Source: an uncultured Planctomycetota bacterium
Lineage (GTDB): Bacteria; Planctomycetota; PLA2; JAEUHO01
Direction: 5' to 3'
Assembly (NCBI GenBank): GCA_963752285.1
Contig: CAVVXN010000001.1
Coordinates: 384,001 to 448,000 of the forward strand
Length of the DNA: 64,000 nt
The position numbers were made by a program, and so were the translations under genes. Positions 9,046 through 19,132 of this stretch are shown one piece after another (position 1 is the stretch's first letter; each line of letters begins with the position of its first letter). The notes under the pieces are model-generated. The model was not told where the DNA came from. It ran no database searches and worked only from the letters and a program-made list of their open reading frames with translations.

Positions 9046-11055
9046 TCAGAACGAGAAGCCGAAGCCGAAGTGGACCTGCCAGGGCCGCGTGGCCGCCCAC
9101 CAGCGTCCGGGGTTCCAGGCGACGTCCATCCGCACGGGGCCGACCGGCGTGTAGTAGCGGAGGCCGAGGCCCACGCCGTAGCCCCAGGCCCCGTCGAGCG
9201 AGAACGCGCGCTCGGCCACCAGGCCCGTGTCCACGAACGCCGCGCCGTGCAGGCTCTCGACGAGCTGCCGGCGGAGCTCGGCGTGCGCCTCGAAGGCCGT
9301 GCGCCCGCCGAGCCCGCCCCGGTACGCGTCCACCGGGGTGAGCTGATCCTGGCCGAAGGACCGCACGCTCTCGGAACCGCCCAGGAAGTAGCGCTCCTCG
9401 AGGGGCAGGGTCACGCGATCGCCGAGGATCGGCTTGGCCTTCCCGCGGACGTCGAACGCGAGCACGGTCAGCTTGCCGAGGGGCACGTACGCGGAGACCT
9501 GGGCGTCCACCTCGACGTAGGCGAGGTTCGCGCCGAGCTCCGGCCGGCTCGCGAAGACCCCCGCGTCGAGGAGCCAGCCCTTCGTGGGGAGGAAGAGGTG
9601 GTCGCGCCGGTCCCACCGCGCGCGGAGGAACACGCCGGCCGAGCGACTGAAGCCCTCGACGTCGCCCCGCTCGACGGGCGGGATGCTCGAATCCACCTGG
9701 AACGCGTGCTTTTCCTCGTAGCGATAGCCGAGCCGGAGCTTCCACTTGTCGGGGAGGGTCTGTTCCGCGTACGCCTCGCCGTGGAAGCCCCAGAACGAGT
9801 AGAAGGGCTCGATCCGGCGCAGCACCCCGATCGAGGCGCTCGCGACGCGGTTCTCGCCGAGGATCCACGGGTCCTCTACGGTCACGTCGGCGCCGAGGTG
9901 GCGCACGGCGGCGAGGCCACGGAGCTCGAGGAACCGGCCCCGTCCCGTGAAGTTGAAGTCCTTGTACGCCACGACCGCGCGCGCGAGCTCCCAGCTGCCG
10001 TAGCCCGCGCCGAGGTCCACGCGGCGCGAGGGCGCCTCCTCCAGCTTCACGACGACGTCGTCCACGCCCGGGCGCACGGTCTCGAGCGTCTGGTCGATCG
10101 TCCGGAACGCGCCCACCGCGTACACGTTCGTGAGGCCCTTCTGGAGGAGGCTCCGTCTCAGGAGGGCGCCCTCCGCCACGGGGATGCGCCGCCGGAGGAA
10201 GCCCGGGTTCGTCCGACGCAGCCCTTCGAAGCGGACGGTCCCGAGTTGGACGCGCTCCCCCCGACGCACGTGGACCGTGATCCGGGCCTCGCCCTTCTTC
10301 TCGTCGATCTCGACGGAGGGTGTCGCCTCGGCGTGCGCGAACCCGCGCTCCTCGAGCGCGTCGCGCACGTCGCCCGCGATCTCCGCAGCGAGACCCCCGC
10401 GATAGGGCTTCCCGACCCACGACGCGCGGTCCACGAGCGAGGCCTCGTCGCCCGCCACGCGGAGGTCCGCCACGACGAACCGTCGGTCCTCGACGACCGG
10501 GACGACCACGTCGACGGTCGTGTGTGCGGGGTCCCACTCGGCGCGCGCGGGACCCACCTTCGCGTGGAGGTAGCCGTGCGCTCGGTACCAGGTCTCGACC
10601 CTCGCGGCGCCGGCGCTCTCACGGGCCTCGTTCCAGATCCTCGCCCCCCGGCCGAAGGTGCCCTTCTCGGGCAGGAAGTCGTCTACGAACGTCGCGGTCG
10701 GGGCGTGCGTGGCCCCCGGGAAGCGGACGTCCCGGATGATCCCGAAGTGTCCCTCCTCCACGCGGAAGACGATCGTGGTGCCCTCGTCGGCGAGATCGAC
10801 CTTTCCGTCCGGGAAGCCCTCGCGCACGAGGTAGCGCTCCATCGCGTACGCGGCGTCGTACGCGTCGGCCTCGGGGTGGGTGCCGCGGACCATCGACTCG
10901 AGCTCGCTCCGCGCGGCGCGGACCAGGTCGTCGCGCCGGGTACGCACGTTTCCCTCCACACGGAAGTCGCCGACGGGCAGCGGCGGCTCCCACGGCAGCC
11001 GTGCGTGGCAGGCCGAGAGCACGAGCAGGCTGAGGAGCGCAAACAGCCCTCTCAT
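9046..11055 (-). CDS. Omp85/TamA-family outer-membrane protein with lipoprotein signal (TamL-like)
   Basis: ATG 11055 overlaps the tamB stop; lipobox VLSAC; POTRA-like repeats; FLGGSESVRSF; GLRYYTPVGPVRMD; C-terminal FGFGFSF. Confidence 0.88.
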   Translation of the reverse strand: MRGLFALLSLLVLSACHARLPWEPPLPVGDFRVEGNVRTRRDDLVRAARSELESMVRGTHPEADAYDAAYAMERYLVREGFPDGKVDLADEGTTIVFRVEEGHFGIIRDVRFPGATHAPTATFVDDFLPEKGTFGRGARIWNEARESAGAARVETWYRAHGYLHAKVGPARAEWDPAHTTVDVVVPVVEDRRFVVADLRVAGDEASLVDRASWVGKPYRGGLAAEIAGDVRDALEERGFAHAEATPSVEIDEKKGEARITVHVRRGERVQLGTVRFEGLRRTNPGFLRRRIPVAEGALLRRSLLQKGLTNVYAVGAFRTIDQTLETVRPGVDDVVVKLEEAPSRRVDLGAGYGSWELARAVVAYKDFNFTGRGRFLELRGLAAVRHLGADVTVEDPWILGENRVASASIGVLRRIEPFYSFWGFHGEAYAEQTLPDKWKLRLGYRYEEKHAFQVDSSIPPVERGDVEGFSRSAGVFLRARWDRRDHLFLPTKGWLLDAGVFASRPELGANLAYVEVDAQVSAYVPLGKLTVLAFDVRGKAKPILGDRVTLPLEERYFLGGSESVRSFGQDQLTPVDAYRGGLGGRTAFEAHAELRRQLVESLHGAAFVDTGLVAERAFSLDGAWGYGVGLGLRYYTPVGPVRMDVAWNPGRWWAATRPWQVHFGFGFSF

Positions 11056-14000
11056 CGCAGGCGGATCCGCCAGACGAAGGTGGTGTCGGTCTCGTCGTAC
11101 TTGTCCCGCTCGATCCGTACGTACGCGTGCTCCGAGAGCTGGCCCTCGGCCTCGATGGTCTGGTTTCCGCGGCGCGTGCGCTCGCGGCCCACGGTGAGGC
11201 GGAACCGGTCGAAGAAGGGGCGTCCCCCCTCCGGGTCCGAGGTGCCGCGCGCGACGGAGAGGAGGTTCTCGCCGAAGAACGAGAACGCCTTTTGAAGCGT
11301 GATCCCCTCGACGCCGCCCGGCCCCGCGCCGCCCGGCGTGGCGCCGGTGGCGAGGAGGAGCATCGCGTCCGCGTCGGACAGCCGCGGCCGGGAGAAGACG
11401 TGGAGCTCCACGTCGGGCAGCGTCCCGGTGACGCGGACGCCGAGCTCGTAGCCGCTCGCGCGCGAGAGCGCCGTCGCCCGGATCTCGGGGCGATCCGGCT
11501 CGCCTGCGAGGAACTCGATCCGCGCGCCCTGGACGTCGAGCGTCGCCGCGGGCAGGTAGATCAGCCCCGTGTCCGACGTCAGGTGGCCGACGGGCACGGG
11601 CTCGCGGCCGGTCCCGCCCAGCGTCGCGTCCACGCTCGCGTCCGCGCGGATCAGGTTGTTCCGGATGCGGATCGACTGGTCGCCCGTCACGCGCACGTCC
11701 AGGTGCGCGCTCGCGAGCGGCTCGACGTCGAGCGTGAAGAGCCGGAACTCCGCCTCGTCCGTGGACGGCGCGTCGCCGGCGACGTTCATGGCCGCGACGT
11801 AGAGCAGGTCCACGATCCGGGCGTCGCCCGCGATCGTCGGGGTCCGGAGCGTGCCGCCGACCCGGAGGTCGAGGTCCGCGCGGAGACGCATGGCGTCGCT
11901 CCGCGCGAGGAGGAGGCGCTTCCCCCGGACCACGAGACGGAGCGGGACCCCGTCCGCGCCCGGGAGGCCCGCGGAGCCCGTCACCGCGAAGGGCGCGTAG
12001 CCGAGCTGGCCCTGGAGTCGGCCGATCTCGATGCGATCCCCGGTGACGTGGATCTCCGCCTCGACGTCCGTCACCACGGGGAAGTCCCGGATGCGGACCC
12101 GCCCCTTCGTGACGTGGACCTCTCCCCGCCAGGACGGGGCGCCGACCGTCCCGCCGAGCGTGACGACGCCGCGGACGTCGCCGTCCACCTCCTCGATCGT
12201 CGGTACGAGCGCCCTGAGCGGCGCCCACGACGCGACCCGCGCCGAGAGCGTCCCCTCGACCGACGCGCCCAGGAACCCCTCCAGGTCGGCCGGGTCCGTC
12301 CAGTCGATCCCGCCGTCGACCGTGGCGTGGCCCTCCACGTGGACCGCGCCCCGCTCGGGCATCCTGCTCGTGAGCGTGACGCGGTCCTTCGTCGCCTCGA
12401 GGCGGACCTCGACCTCCGCTCCGGGCTCGCCCTCCGGCACGCCGGCGAGCGCGACCGAGGTGAGCGCCGCGTGGAGTCCCTCCGCGTCGCCCGTCACGTG
12501 CACGTGCGCGATCCGGGCGGATACGCCGGCCGGCAGCGGCACCTCGCCCTCGATGTCGAGGTGGGGCAGGACGCGGTCCACGCGCGCGAGGCCCGACGTC
12601 GTGAGGCGCCAGGGGAGCCGCGCCGTGCCCACGAGGGCGAGCCCGCGCGCGCCCGTCGCCCGGAAGCGCGAGAGCTCGATCCCGCCGTCCTCGCCCTGGC
12701 GCAGGCCGATCTCGACGTCGCCCTCGAGGCCGAGGCCGGCGAGGCCCGCGAGCGTGCCCTCGACCGAGAAGGACGTGTCGCGTACCGACACCCGGCCGCG
12801 CCAGGTCCCGGCGATCGCCGGTACGAGCCGGGACACGTCGAGTCCCTCCACCGTCAGGTCGGCCGACGGGGCGCCGCCGAGGTACGCGATCCGTCCCTCT
12901 ACGTGGGCGCCCTCGACGACGGCGTCGAGGCCGATCACGCGAACGCCCTCCCGGTCCCACGTCAGCTCGGCCGGATGCCCGATGGCCAGGCTCAGGTCGC
13001 CGCGCCCCACGCGGAGCGACCCGAGCGTCGCCCGGCCCTTCGTGACGTCCGCGCTTCCCTGGGCGTGCACCACGAGCCCGAGGCCCTCCGCCGCGAACGC
13101 GCCGAACCGGATCCCCGTCTCGGTCCTCGCGAGCACCAGGGGCTCGAGCAGGCGGACGGCGCCGAAGTCGCCCGAGATGGCGAGGCGGCCCACGGTGGCG
13201 GTCGTAGCGTCCGGGTCGAGGGCGAGCGCGGTCCGCACGTGGACCGACCCGTTCACGGTGACGTCGAGCGGGTCCAGTCGGACCCCGCTCCCGCCCCAGC
13301 GCACCTCGACGGGCGCGTCGAGGGTCAGGTGGTCGGCCACGCGCTCGGCGGTGAGCGCAAGCACGGTCCCGCGGCCCTCCTGGGGGACCGCGCTCGCGTC
13401 GAGCCTCACGTGCGCGTCCGCTACCGCGAGGGCGAGGCCGCGCGCCGTGTACGCGCCACCGTCCCATTGGAGCGTCACGGGCGCTTCGAGGCGGACGGGA
13501 ATCCCCTCCACGTCCGCGGCGAGGGACGAGAGGTCCACGCGGCCACGGTCCACGTCGAGGCGACCGGAGAGGACGCCGTGGCCCCACCCGCCCCGGGCCT
13601 CCAGGGAGGAGACCTCGATCGCGCCGCCCTCGTACGCGACGTGGCCGTGGACCGCGCCCACCGTGCTCGCGCCGAGTGCGAGGTCGGTTCCCGAGAGGTC
13701 TGCGGCGAGGGTGAGCCGCCCCCCCTCGACCGTGATCGACCCGTCGGCCGCGAGGGCTCCGCGAAGGCCCGTCTCCTCGAGGCCGAACGCCGCGGCGAGG
13801 CGCCCGACGTCGGCCGCGCGCCCGTTGAGCGTGGACGCCTCGACCGCGAACGGGGAGAAGGAGAGACGCCCCGAGCCCTCGATCGCGGCGGCCGGCGCCG
13901 AGAGGGTGACGGCCCGGACCTCGAGCGCCGGCCAGCCGAACGTTGCGTCGAGCAGGAGGCGGTCCACGGCCACGTCCGCGAGCGTCGCGTGCTTCCCCTC

Positions 14001-15407
14001 GACCTCGGCGTGAACCGCGGCGGCGCCGACCTCGCCGCGGGCGGTCAGGTGCACGTCCGCGCCGCCGTCGAGCACGTCGGTCCAGCGCGAGAGGTCCTCC
14101 GAGCGCGCGTCGAGGTCGAGGTCGATGCGGGTCCGGCGCCAGGCCCCGGGGTCGTCGGGGAGCGTCACGTCCCCTCTCCCCCGAAGCGTCGTCCCGCGCG
14201 CCGTCACCTCGACGTGCTCCAGGCGGTAGCCGCGCCGACCGAGGCCGCTCGCCGCGACGAAGACCCCGATCGGCTCGTCGAGTCCGGGCACGACGGTTCG
14301 CAGGTCGTCGATCCGGGCGGTGAGCGTCGCCACGTTCGTGAGCAGGAACGGGGACGCGGGATCGACGACCGCGTCCCGGGCCTGCGCCTCGGCGCCCTCG
14401 GCCTCGAGCCGGGCGCTTTCGACCCGGATCCGCCCCTCGCGGTCCGTCCGGCCCTTCACCTCCACGTACGAGATCGAGCGGGAGGCCCACGTGAGCCGGC
14501 TCGCCTGGACGTGGGCCCTCACGACCGGGCCCGCGAGGTCCTCGATCGTGCCCTCCACGCCGAGGCGCCCGGCCGTCGGCAGGCCCGGCTCGGGGACGAG
14601 GCCGCGCACCCACGACGGGATCCGCCCGAGGTCCAGCCCTTCCGCCGCCACGTCTACGCCCGCGCCGGTCGCGTCGAGCCGGACGTCGCCCGCGGGCGTC
14701 GTTACGCGCAGAGAGAGGCGCCCCGAGAGCCGCCAGTCGAGGGCGGGGAGGCCGAACCCGTCGAGCGAGGTGCTCGAGGTCCACGCGAGGTGGGTCGGGT
14801 CGGTGAGCTCGGCGCGGCCGGCGATCTCTCCCTCGAGCGTGTCGCCGTCGAGGCGCACGTCGTCCAGGCGCGCGCGCCACGTACGCGGCGCCACCGTCGC
14901 CACGCGAAGCCCGGCCTCGATCACGCGCCCGCGAGAGGTCGCGCGGAGCCGCGCGTCGGCCTCGACGCGGGGAAGCGCATCGTAAACCGGCGCCAGGACG
15001 AACGAGGGCAGCCTCGCCGGCGCGCCGCCCGAACGGTCGAGGTCGAGCGTCGCCCAGAGCGCGCGCACGTGGATCGCGTGGACGGCCGCGAGGCCCCGCC
15101 CGCCCACGAGACCGAGGAGGTCGTAGTCGGCCGTGACCGCGTCCGCGCCCGCGCCCACGAGCGGTCCGGTCGCCGGAGGCTCGATCATCTCGACGTCCTC
15201 GAGCGAGAGGTCCGAGATCCACGACCCGCCGACGCCCCCGACCGTCCACCGACCGCCGAGTGCGGACGACAGCTCGCGCGCGAGGTACCGGCGCACGAGG
15301 CCGCCGAAGATCGGGCCGCGGAGCAGGTAGAGCAGGGCGACCAGGAGGAGCATCGCGCCGAGCGAGACGCCGAGGACCCGCACGATCCGGTGCCGACGCC
15401 TTGCCAT
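11052..15407 (-). CDS. tamB: Translocation/assembly module TamB-like protein
   Basis: ATG after GGGAGG; N-terminal TM anchor; long beta-taco repeats; C-terminal DUF490-like region (IRIRNNL, DRPEIRATA, FSRPRLSDADAMLLLATG); coupled to an Omp85 gene. Confidence 0.8.
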   Translation of the reverse strand: MARRRHRIVRVLGVSLGAMLLLVALLYLLRGPIFGGLVRRYLARELSSALGGRWTVGGVGGSWISDLSLEDVEMIEPPATGPLVGAGADAVTADYDLLGLVGGRGLAAVHAIHVRALWATLDLDRSGGAPARLPSFVLAPVYDALPRVEADARLRATSRGRVIEAGLRVATVAPRTWRARLDDVRLDGDTLEGEIAGRAELTDPTHLAWTSSTSLDGFGLPALDWRLSGRLSLRVTTPAGDVRLDATGAGVDVAAEGLDLGRIPSWVRGLVPEPGLPTAGRLGVEGTIEDLAGPVVRAHVQASRLTWASRSISYVEVKGRTDREGRIRVESARLEAEGAEAQARDAVVDPASPFLLTNVATLTARIDDLRTVVPGLDEPIGVFVAASGLGRRGYRLEHVEVTARGTTLRGRGDVTLPDDPGAWRRTRIDLDLDARSEDLSRWTDVLDGGADVHLTARGEVGAAAVHAEVEGKHATLADVAVDRLLLDATFGWPALEVRAVTLSAPAAAIEGSGRLSFSPFAVEASTLNGRAADVGRLAAAFGLEETGLRGALAADGSITVEGGRLTLAADLSGTDLALGASTVGAVHGHVAYEGGAIEVSSLEARGGWGHGVLSGRLDVDRGRVDLSSLAADVEGIPVRLEAPVTLQWDGGAYTARGLALAVADAHVRLDASAVPQEGRGTVLALTAERVADHLTLDAPVEVRWGGSGVRLDPLDVTVNGSVHVRTALALDPDATTATVGRLAISGDFGAVRLLEPLVLARTETGIRFGAFAAEGLGLVVHAQGSADVTKGRATLGSLRVGRGDLSLAIGHPAELTWDREGVRVIGLDAVVEGAHVEGRIAYLGGAPSADLTVEGLDVSRLVPAIAGTWRGRVSVRDTSFSVEGTLAGLAGLGLEGDVEIGLRQGEDGGIELSRFRATGARGLALVGTARLPWRLTTSGLARVDRVLPHLDIEGEVPLPAGVSARIAHVHVTGDAEGLHAALTSVALAGVPEGEPGAEVEVRLEATKDRVTLTSRMPERGAVHVEGHATVDGGIDWTDPADLEGFLGASVEGTLSARVASWAPLRALVPTIEEVDGDVRGVVTLGGTVGAPSWRGEVHVTKGRVRIRDFPVVTDVEAEIHVTGDRIEIGRLQGQLGYAPFAVTGSAGLPGADGVPLRLVVRGKRLLLARSDAMRLRADLDLRVGGTLRTPTIAGDARIVDLLYVAAMNVAGDAPSTDEAEFRLFTLDVEPLASAHLDVRVTGDQSIRIRNNLIRADASVDATLGGTGREPVPVGHLTSDTGLIYLPAATLDVQGARIEFLAGEPDRPEIRATALSRASGYELGVRVTGTLPDVELHVFSRPRLSDADAMLLLATGATPGGAGPGGVEGITLQKAFSFFGENLLSVARGTSDPEGGRPFFDRFRLTVGRERTRRGNQTIEAEGQLSEHAYVRIERDKYDETDTTFVWRIRLR

Positions 15408-15618
15408 GCCCTCCCGCCGATCGTCCCCGACGCCCGTTCTCGCGCCCCCTGGCAAGACGCCGTCGCCGCGCGCGCTCGCCCGGCGACAAGAGGGCCCGAG
15501 CATACGCGAGCCCGGAAACGACTCCGTTCGGTCCCCCGGCCCGTGACGGGTCGAACGACCTTCGCGCGCCCGTCGTACCCTGGCGGCTCGACGCCGGGTC
15601 GCGGGGAGGGACGTCCGC

Positions 15619-16368
15619 ATGAGGGCTTCGGTCCAGATCCTCACGACCGTCCTGCTCGTCGCGGCGGGCCTCTTGGTCTACGACGCGCTCGGTCCCCGGC
15701 GGGACGTCGTGCCCGCGGGCGGAGCGTCGCCCGTGCGGTCGGACGTCGAGCGCTCCGCGCCGGACGGCGCGGCCGCCGACGCGGCGCCCGCGCCGTTTCC
15801 CCTCTTGGTGGGCACCGGCGACGAGGTGTGGCGCGCCGACGTCGAGCGCCGGCTCGCGGCGTTGGAGTCGAGGACCACGGCGGGCACGGCGGCTGCAGAG
15901 GATGCGACGCCGCCCGCGCCCGGGACCGTCGGCGACGCCGTGGACGAAACGGCACAGGCCACGGGCTCCGACGCCCCGTCGGGCGGGACGAGGGCGAGTC
16001 CCGCGCGCCCGGCCGTCTCGCCGGAGCAGGTCCGGCGCTTCCGCACCCTGCTCGAGGCCGTCGAGCGCCAGCGACGACTCGAACGCGCGGTCAAGGAGAT
16101 CGGGGCGTTCCTCGACCAGACCGGCGCGAAGCTCACGGACGGCGAGCGGCGCGCGGTCATCGCGACCGCGGTGCGCTACCAAGCGCGGTGGCGGGACGAG
16201 CAGGGCCAGCTGAAGGGCGAGGGGCACACCGACGCGGAGCGGAAGGCGGCATCCGCCTCGCTCTTGGCCGAATTCGAGGGCGCTCTCCGCGACGAGGTGC
16301 CCGCGGCCGAGGCCGACCTGATCGTCCAGGCCGTGCAGCGCGTGTCGGCCGGCAACAAGAGCCGCTGA
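15619..16368 (+). CDS. Hypothetical membrane-anchored helical protein
   Basis: GGGGAGG RBS; N-terminal hydrophobic helix; GC3-biased codons; helical C-terminus. Confidence 0.6.
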   Translation: MRASVQILTTVLLVAAGLLVYDALGPRRDVVPAGGASPVRSDVERSAPDGAAADAAPAPFPLLVGTGDEVWRADVERRLAALESRTTAGTAAAEDATPPAPGTVGDAVDETAQATGSDAPSGGTRASPARPAVSPEQVRRFRTLLEAVERQRRLERAVKEIGAFLDQTGAKLTDGERRAVIATAVRYQARWRDEQGQLKGEGHTDAERKAASASLLAEFEGALRDEVPAAEADLIVQAVQRVSAGNKSR

Positions 16369-16378
16369 CCGACCGAGG

Positions 16379-17785
16379 TCAGGGCTTCTCGATGCGGTAG
16401 ATGCCGGTGAAGGTGGAGACGAACATCGTGCCGTCCGCCGCGAAGTCGAGGTCGAGGGGCTTGTTGTCGAACATCGACGGGTGGAAGCTCGCGAAGTCCT
16501 GGACCTCGTCCACGTCGAGGTAGGCCACGCCCGAGAGCAGGAAGCGGCGGATCGCCTCGTCGTCGTACGAGGAGAGGAACAGGTTGTTCGCATACGTCGC
16601 GCCCCAGCCGGCGCCCGTGTGCCAGGCGATCGAGGTCGGCGCGATCACGTTCACCCACGTCTCTACGGCGATGCCCACGTCGCCGGGGGGGAGGCCCACG
16701 GGATACCCGCCCCACCCGAAGTTCTTGCCCTTGTTCAGGAAGTCGAGGTGGTCGTTCGCGTCGGGTCCGTTGTCGGCGCCCCAGAGGTCGCCCGTGGTCG
16801 GCTGGATCGCCGTGCCGTAGGTGTTGCGAAGGCCGAGGCACCACGTCGGGTCTCCCGCCCACGGGTTGTCCGCGGGCACGAGCCCGTCCTCCGTGTACCG
16901 GAGGATCCGCCCCGCCAGGCCGCCGACCTCCTGGCTCCTCGCCTCGTCGTCCACGTCGCCGACGCTGATGAAGAGGTGGGGGGGCGAGGCGAGGTCGAAC
17001 CGGATGTCGCCGCCGTTGCCGAGCTGGCCGATGGGCAGCGGGTCCACGATCGTGGTCTCGTTCGTCCCCTGCCACGTTCCGGGCGAGGTCTCGACCGAGG
17101 TCCACCGCACCACGGTCTGGTGGTCCGGGTCCATGCCCGTGCCCGGGACGCACGCCATCGCGTACACCCAGCCGTTCGACGCGAACTCGGGGTGGATCGC
17201 CAGGCCGAGGAGCCCCCGGTAGTTCCCCGTGAGCACGTCGAGGTGCGCGAACGGCGTGGCCTGGAGGGTGCCGTCGGCGCGGATCACGCGCACGTCGCCC
17301 GTCTCGAGCTCGTCGAAGAGGATGCGGCCGTCCGGCGCGAGCGCGAACCGGTTGGGGATCGCGAGACCGTCGAGGACCACCCGCGCCGTGAAGCCCGGCG
17401 CCAGCGTGGCGAGCACACCGACCCCGATCGAGAGGTCGGCCGTCGTCGAGCCGCCCGCGTTGCTCGCGGTCACGTGGTAGGTCGTGAGCGGCGCGAGCGT
17501 CTTCCCGGTCGCCCCCGCGATCTCGCCGGTCGCGGGGTCGAGCGCGAGCCCGGTCGGCAGCGCCGGCGAGACGGAGAACCCCGTGGGGTCGCCACCGGAC
17601 CACGTCGGTGTCTGCGACGCGAGGTTGCCGTCGGTGGGGACCCAGAGCAGCGTCGCCGGGTACGCGAGGCGCGTCGGCGCGGGAGGTCCCCCGCCGGGGC
17701 CCGGCCCGCCGCCGGAGCTTCCGCCGCACGCGGCGAGGAGACAGAGGAAGGGGAGGAGGTGTCGGGCGAGGAACGCGGTCTGCAT
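16379..17785 (-). CDS. Lipoprotein with Ig-like (He_PIG) domain and PQQ-dependent glucose/sorbosone-dehydrogenase-like beta-propeller
   Basis: Lipobox LAAC plus Gly linker; FSVSPALPTGLALDPATGEIAG; RGLLGLAIHPEF, GRILRY..DG.VPADNP, GLRN, DNGP, GKNFGW. Confidence 0.83.
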   Translation of the reverse strand: MQTAFLARHLLPFLCLLAACGGSSGGGPGPGGGPPAPTRLAYPATLLWVPTDGNLASQTPTWSGGDPTGFSVSPALPTGLALDPATGEIAGATGKTLAPLTTYHVTASNAGGSTTADLSIGVGVLATLAPGFTARVVLDGLAIPNRFALAPDGRILFDELETGDVRVIRADGTLQATPFAHLDVLTGNYRGLLGLAIHPEFASNGWVYAMACVPGTGMDPDHQTVVRWTSVETSPGTWQGTNETTIVDPLPIGQLGNGGDIRFDLASPPHLFISVGDVDDEARSQEVGGLAGRILRYTEDGLVPADNPWAGDPTWCLGLRNTYGTAIQPTTGDLWGADNGPDANDHLDFLNKGKNFGWGGYPVGLPPGDVGIAVETWVNVIAPTSIAWHTGAGWGATYANNLFLSSYDDEAIRRFLLSGVAYLDVDEVQDFASFHPSMFDNKPLDLDFAADGTMFVSTFTGIYRIEKP

Positions 17786-17799
17786 GGAGGATCCGGGTC

Positions 17800-19122
17800 T
17801 CAGAGGAATCCGAGCGTCGTGGAGGTCGGCTGCGGCTCGGGAAACACCGGGCCCGGGTCGACGCCGAGGTGCGTCGAGAGGACCTCCCGGTACACGTCGC
17901 GGAAGTCCACCTCGTAGCCCAGGAACTCCTGGAGCAGGTCGGACTGGGTGATGTCGTTGCCGTAGCGGCCGCCCTTCACGCCGCCGCCGAGCACGAGGAA
18001 CGTGAGCCCGTGCCCGTGGTCGCTGCCGCCGGAGGCGTTCTGGTAGTTCCGCCGTCCGAACTCCGACATGACCACGACGACCGCGCGGTCCCAGACGCCC
18101 ATGTCCTTCAGGTCCTCCGAGAACGCGCCGAGCGCGGCGTCGAGGCGCGAGAGGAGCGTCGCCTGGGTTCCCGTGTCGGCGCCTTGGAGCGCGTGGGTGT
18201 CGAAGCCGCCGAAGCCCGTGAAGAAGAGCTTCGTGTCGAACCCGTACTGGACGAGCGTGGCGACGTCGCGCAGGTACCGCGCGATCGGCTGCGGGTTCAC
18301 GCCGCCGTAGTCGACGTTGCTCTGATACGACGAGACCGCGGCCTGGATCTGGTCCGCGAGGTCCAGCCCCTGCGCCATCGCGTCCGCGATGTCTTCCTCG
18401 AGGCCGCCGGTGGGTGCCGAGACGAGCGCCGCCTTCACCGTGTCGAGGCGGTGGATCTGGCCGTTCGGGTACGCCCCGTCCGTCTCGTAGCGGAAGGTCG
18501 CGAGCGAGTCGGCCTGGAGCGGCGTCGTGGAGCCGCCGAGGAAGTCGAGCGGCCGCCCGACGCCGATGCTCACGGCGCCGAGCGAGGTGGGGGCGTAGCG
18601 CTCGGCGAACCGCGCGATCCAGCCGCTCTCGTCGAGGCCGAGCGGCGCGAAGCCGTCGCGGACGCCGTACGAGTAGATGTCCTGGCTCGTGAAGTGCGAG
18701 AGGTTGGCCTCCGGGTAGCCCACCTTCGTCACGAACAGGAGGTCGCCCGCGTTCCACATCGCCTGGAGGTTCACGAGGGACGGGTGGAGACCGTACTGGG
18801 TCGTCGGAGCGGGTCCGCCGGTCAGCGGGAGCTCGACGCCCGGCGGGATCGCGATCGACCCGACCTGGCCCACGTTCCGCCGGTCGTAGTACGCCTGGAC
18901 CCCGATCGGGATCACGGCGTTCAGCGTGTCGTGACCGCCGTAGCAGTTCACGACGACGAAGAAGTCGTTTCCGGTCGGCGCGCCGTACGCGGTGCCGAGC
19001 AGGCCCTTCCCGAGCGGCCCGAGACACGCGAGGCCCATGCCGGCCGTCGCGTACCGGAGGATGTCGCGTCGCGTCGCGCCGCGCCGGAGGAGGGACTCGT
19101 TCTCACGGTTCTTCTGGCTCAT
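17800..19122 (-). CDS. DUF1501 family protein with Tat signal (copy 1)
   Basis: TRRDIL Tat motif; GGHDTLN, GLHP, NLSHFTS, GGFDTH, SEFGRR, GSDHG, VDFRDVY. Confidence 0.88.
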   Translation of the reverse strand: MSQKNRENESLLRRGATRRDILRYATAGMGLACLGPLGKGLLGTAYGAPTGNDFFVVVNCYGGHDTLNAVIPIGVQAYYDRRNVGQVGSIAIPPGVELPLTGGPAPTTQYGLHPSLVNLQAMWNAGDLLFVTKVGYPEANLSHFTSQDIYSYGVRDGFAPLGLDESGWIARFAERYAPTSLGAVSIGVGRPLDFLGGSTTPLQADSLATFRYETDGAYPNGQIHRLDTVKAALVSAPTGGLEEDIADAMAQGLDLADQIQAAVSSYQSNVDYGGVNPQPIARYLRDVATLVQYGFDTKLFFTGFGGFDTHALQGADTGTQATLLSRLDAALGAFSEDLKDMGVWDRAVVVVMSEFGRRNYQNASGGSDHGHGLTFLVLGGGVKGGRYGNDITQSDLLQEFLGYEVDFRDVYREVLSTHLGVDPGPVFPEPQPTSTTLGFL

Positions 19123-19132
19123 CGTCCGCCTC

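Noticed and set aside
9046..16593. 2515-aa ORF, and similar giants such as 19133-25345, 11127-16400, 38165-42877 and 55469-58717
   Set aside because: Arg/Pro/Gly-rich read-through or antisense shadow frames caused by stop-codon scarcity at high GC; only the 3' parts of some are real genes
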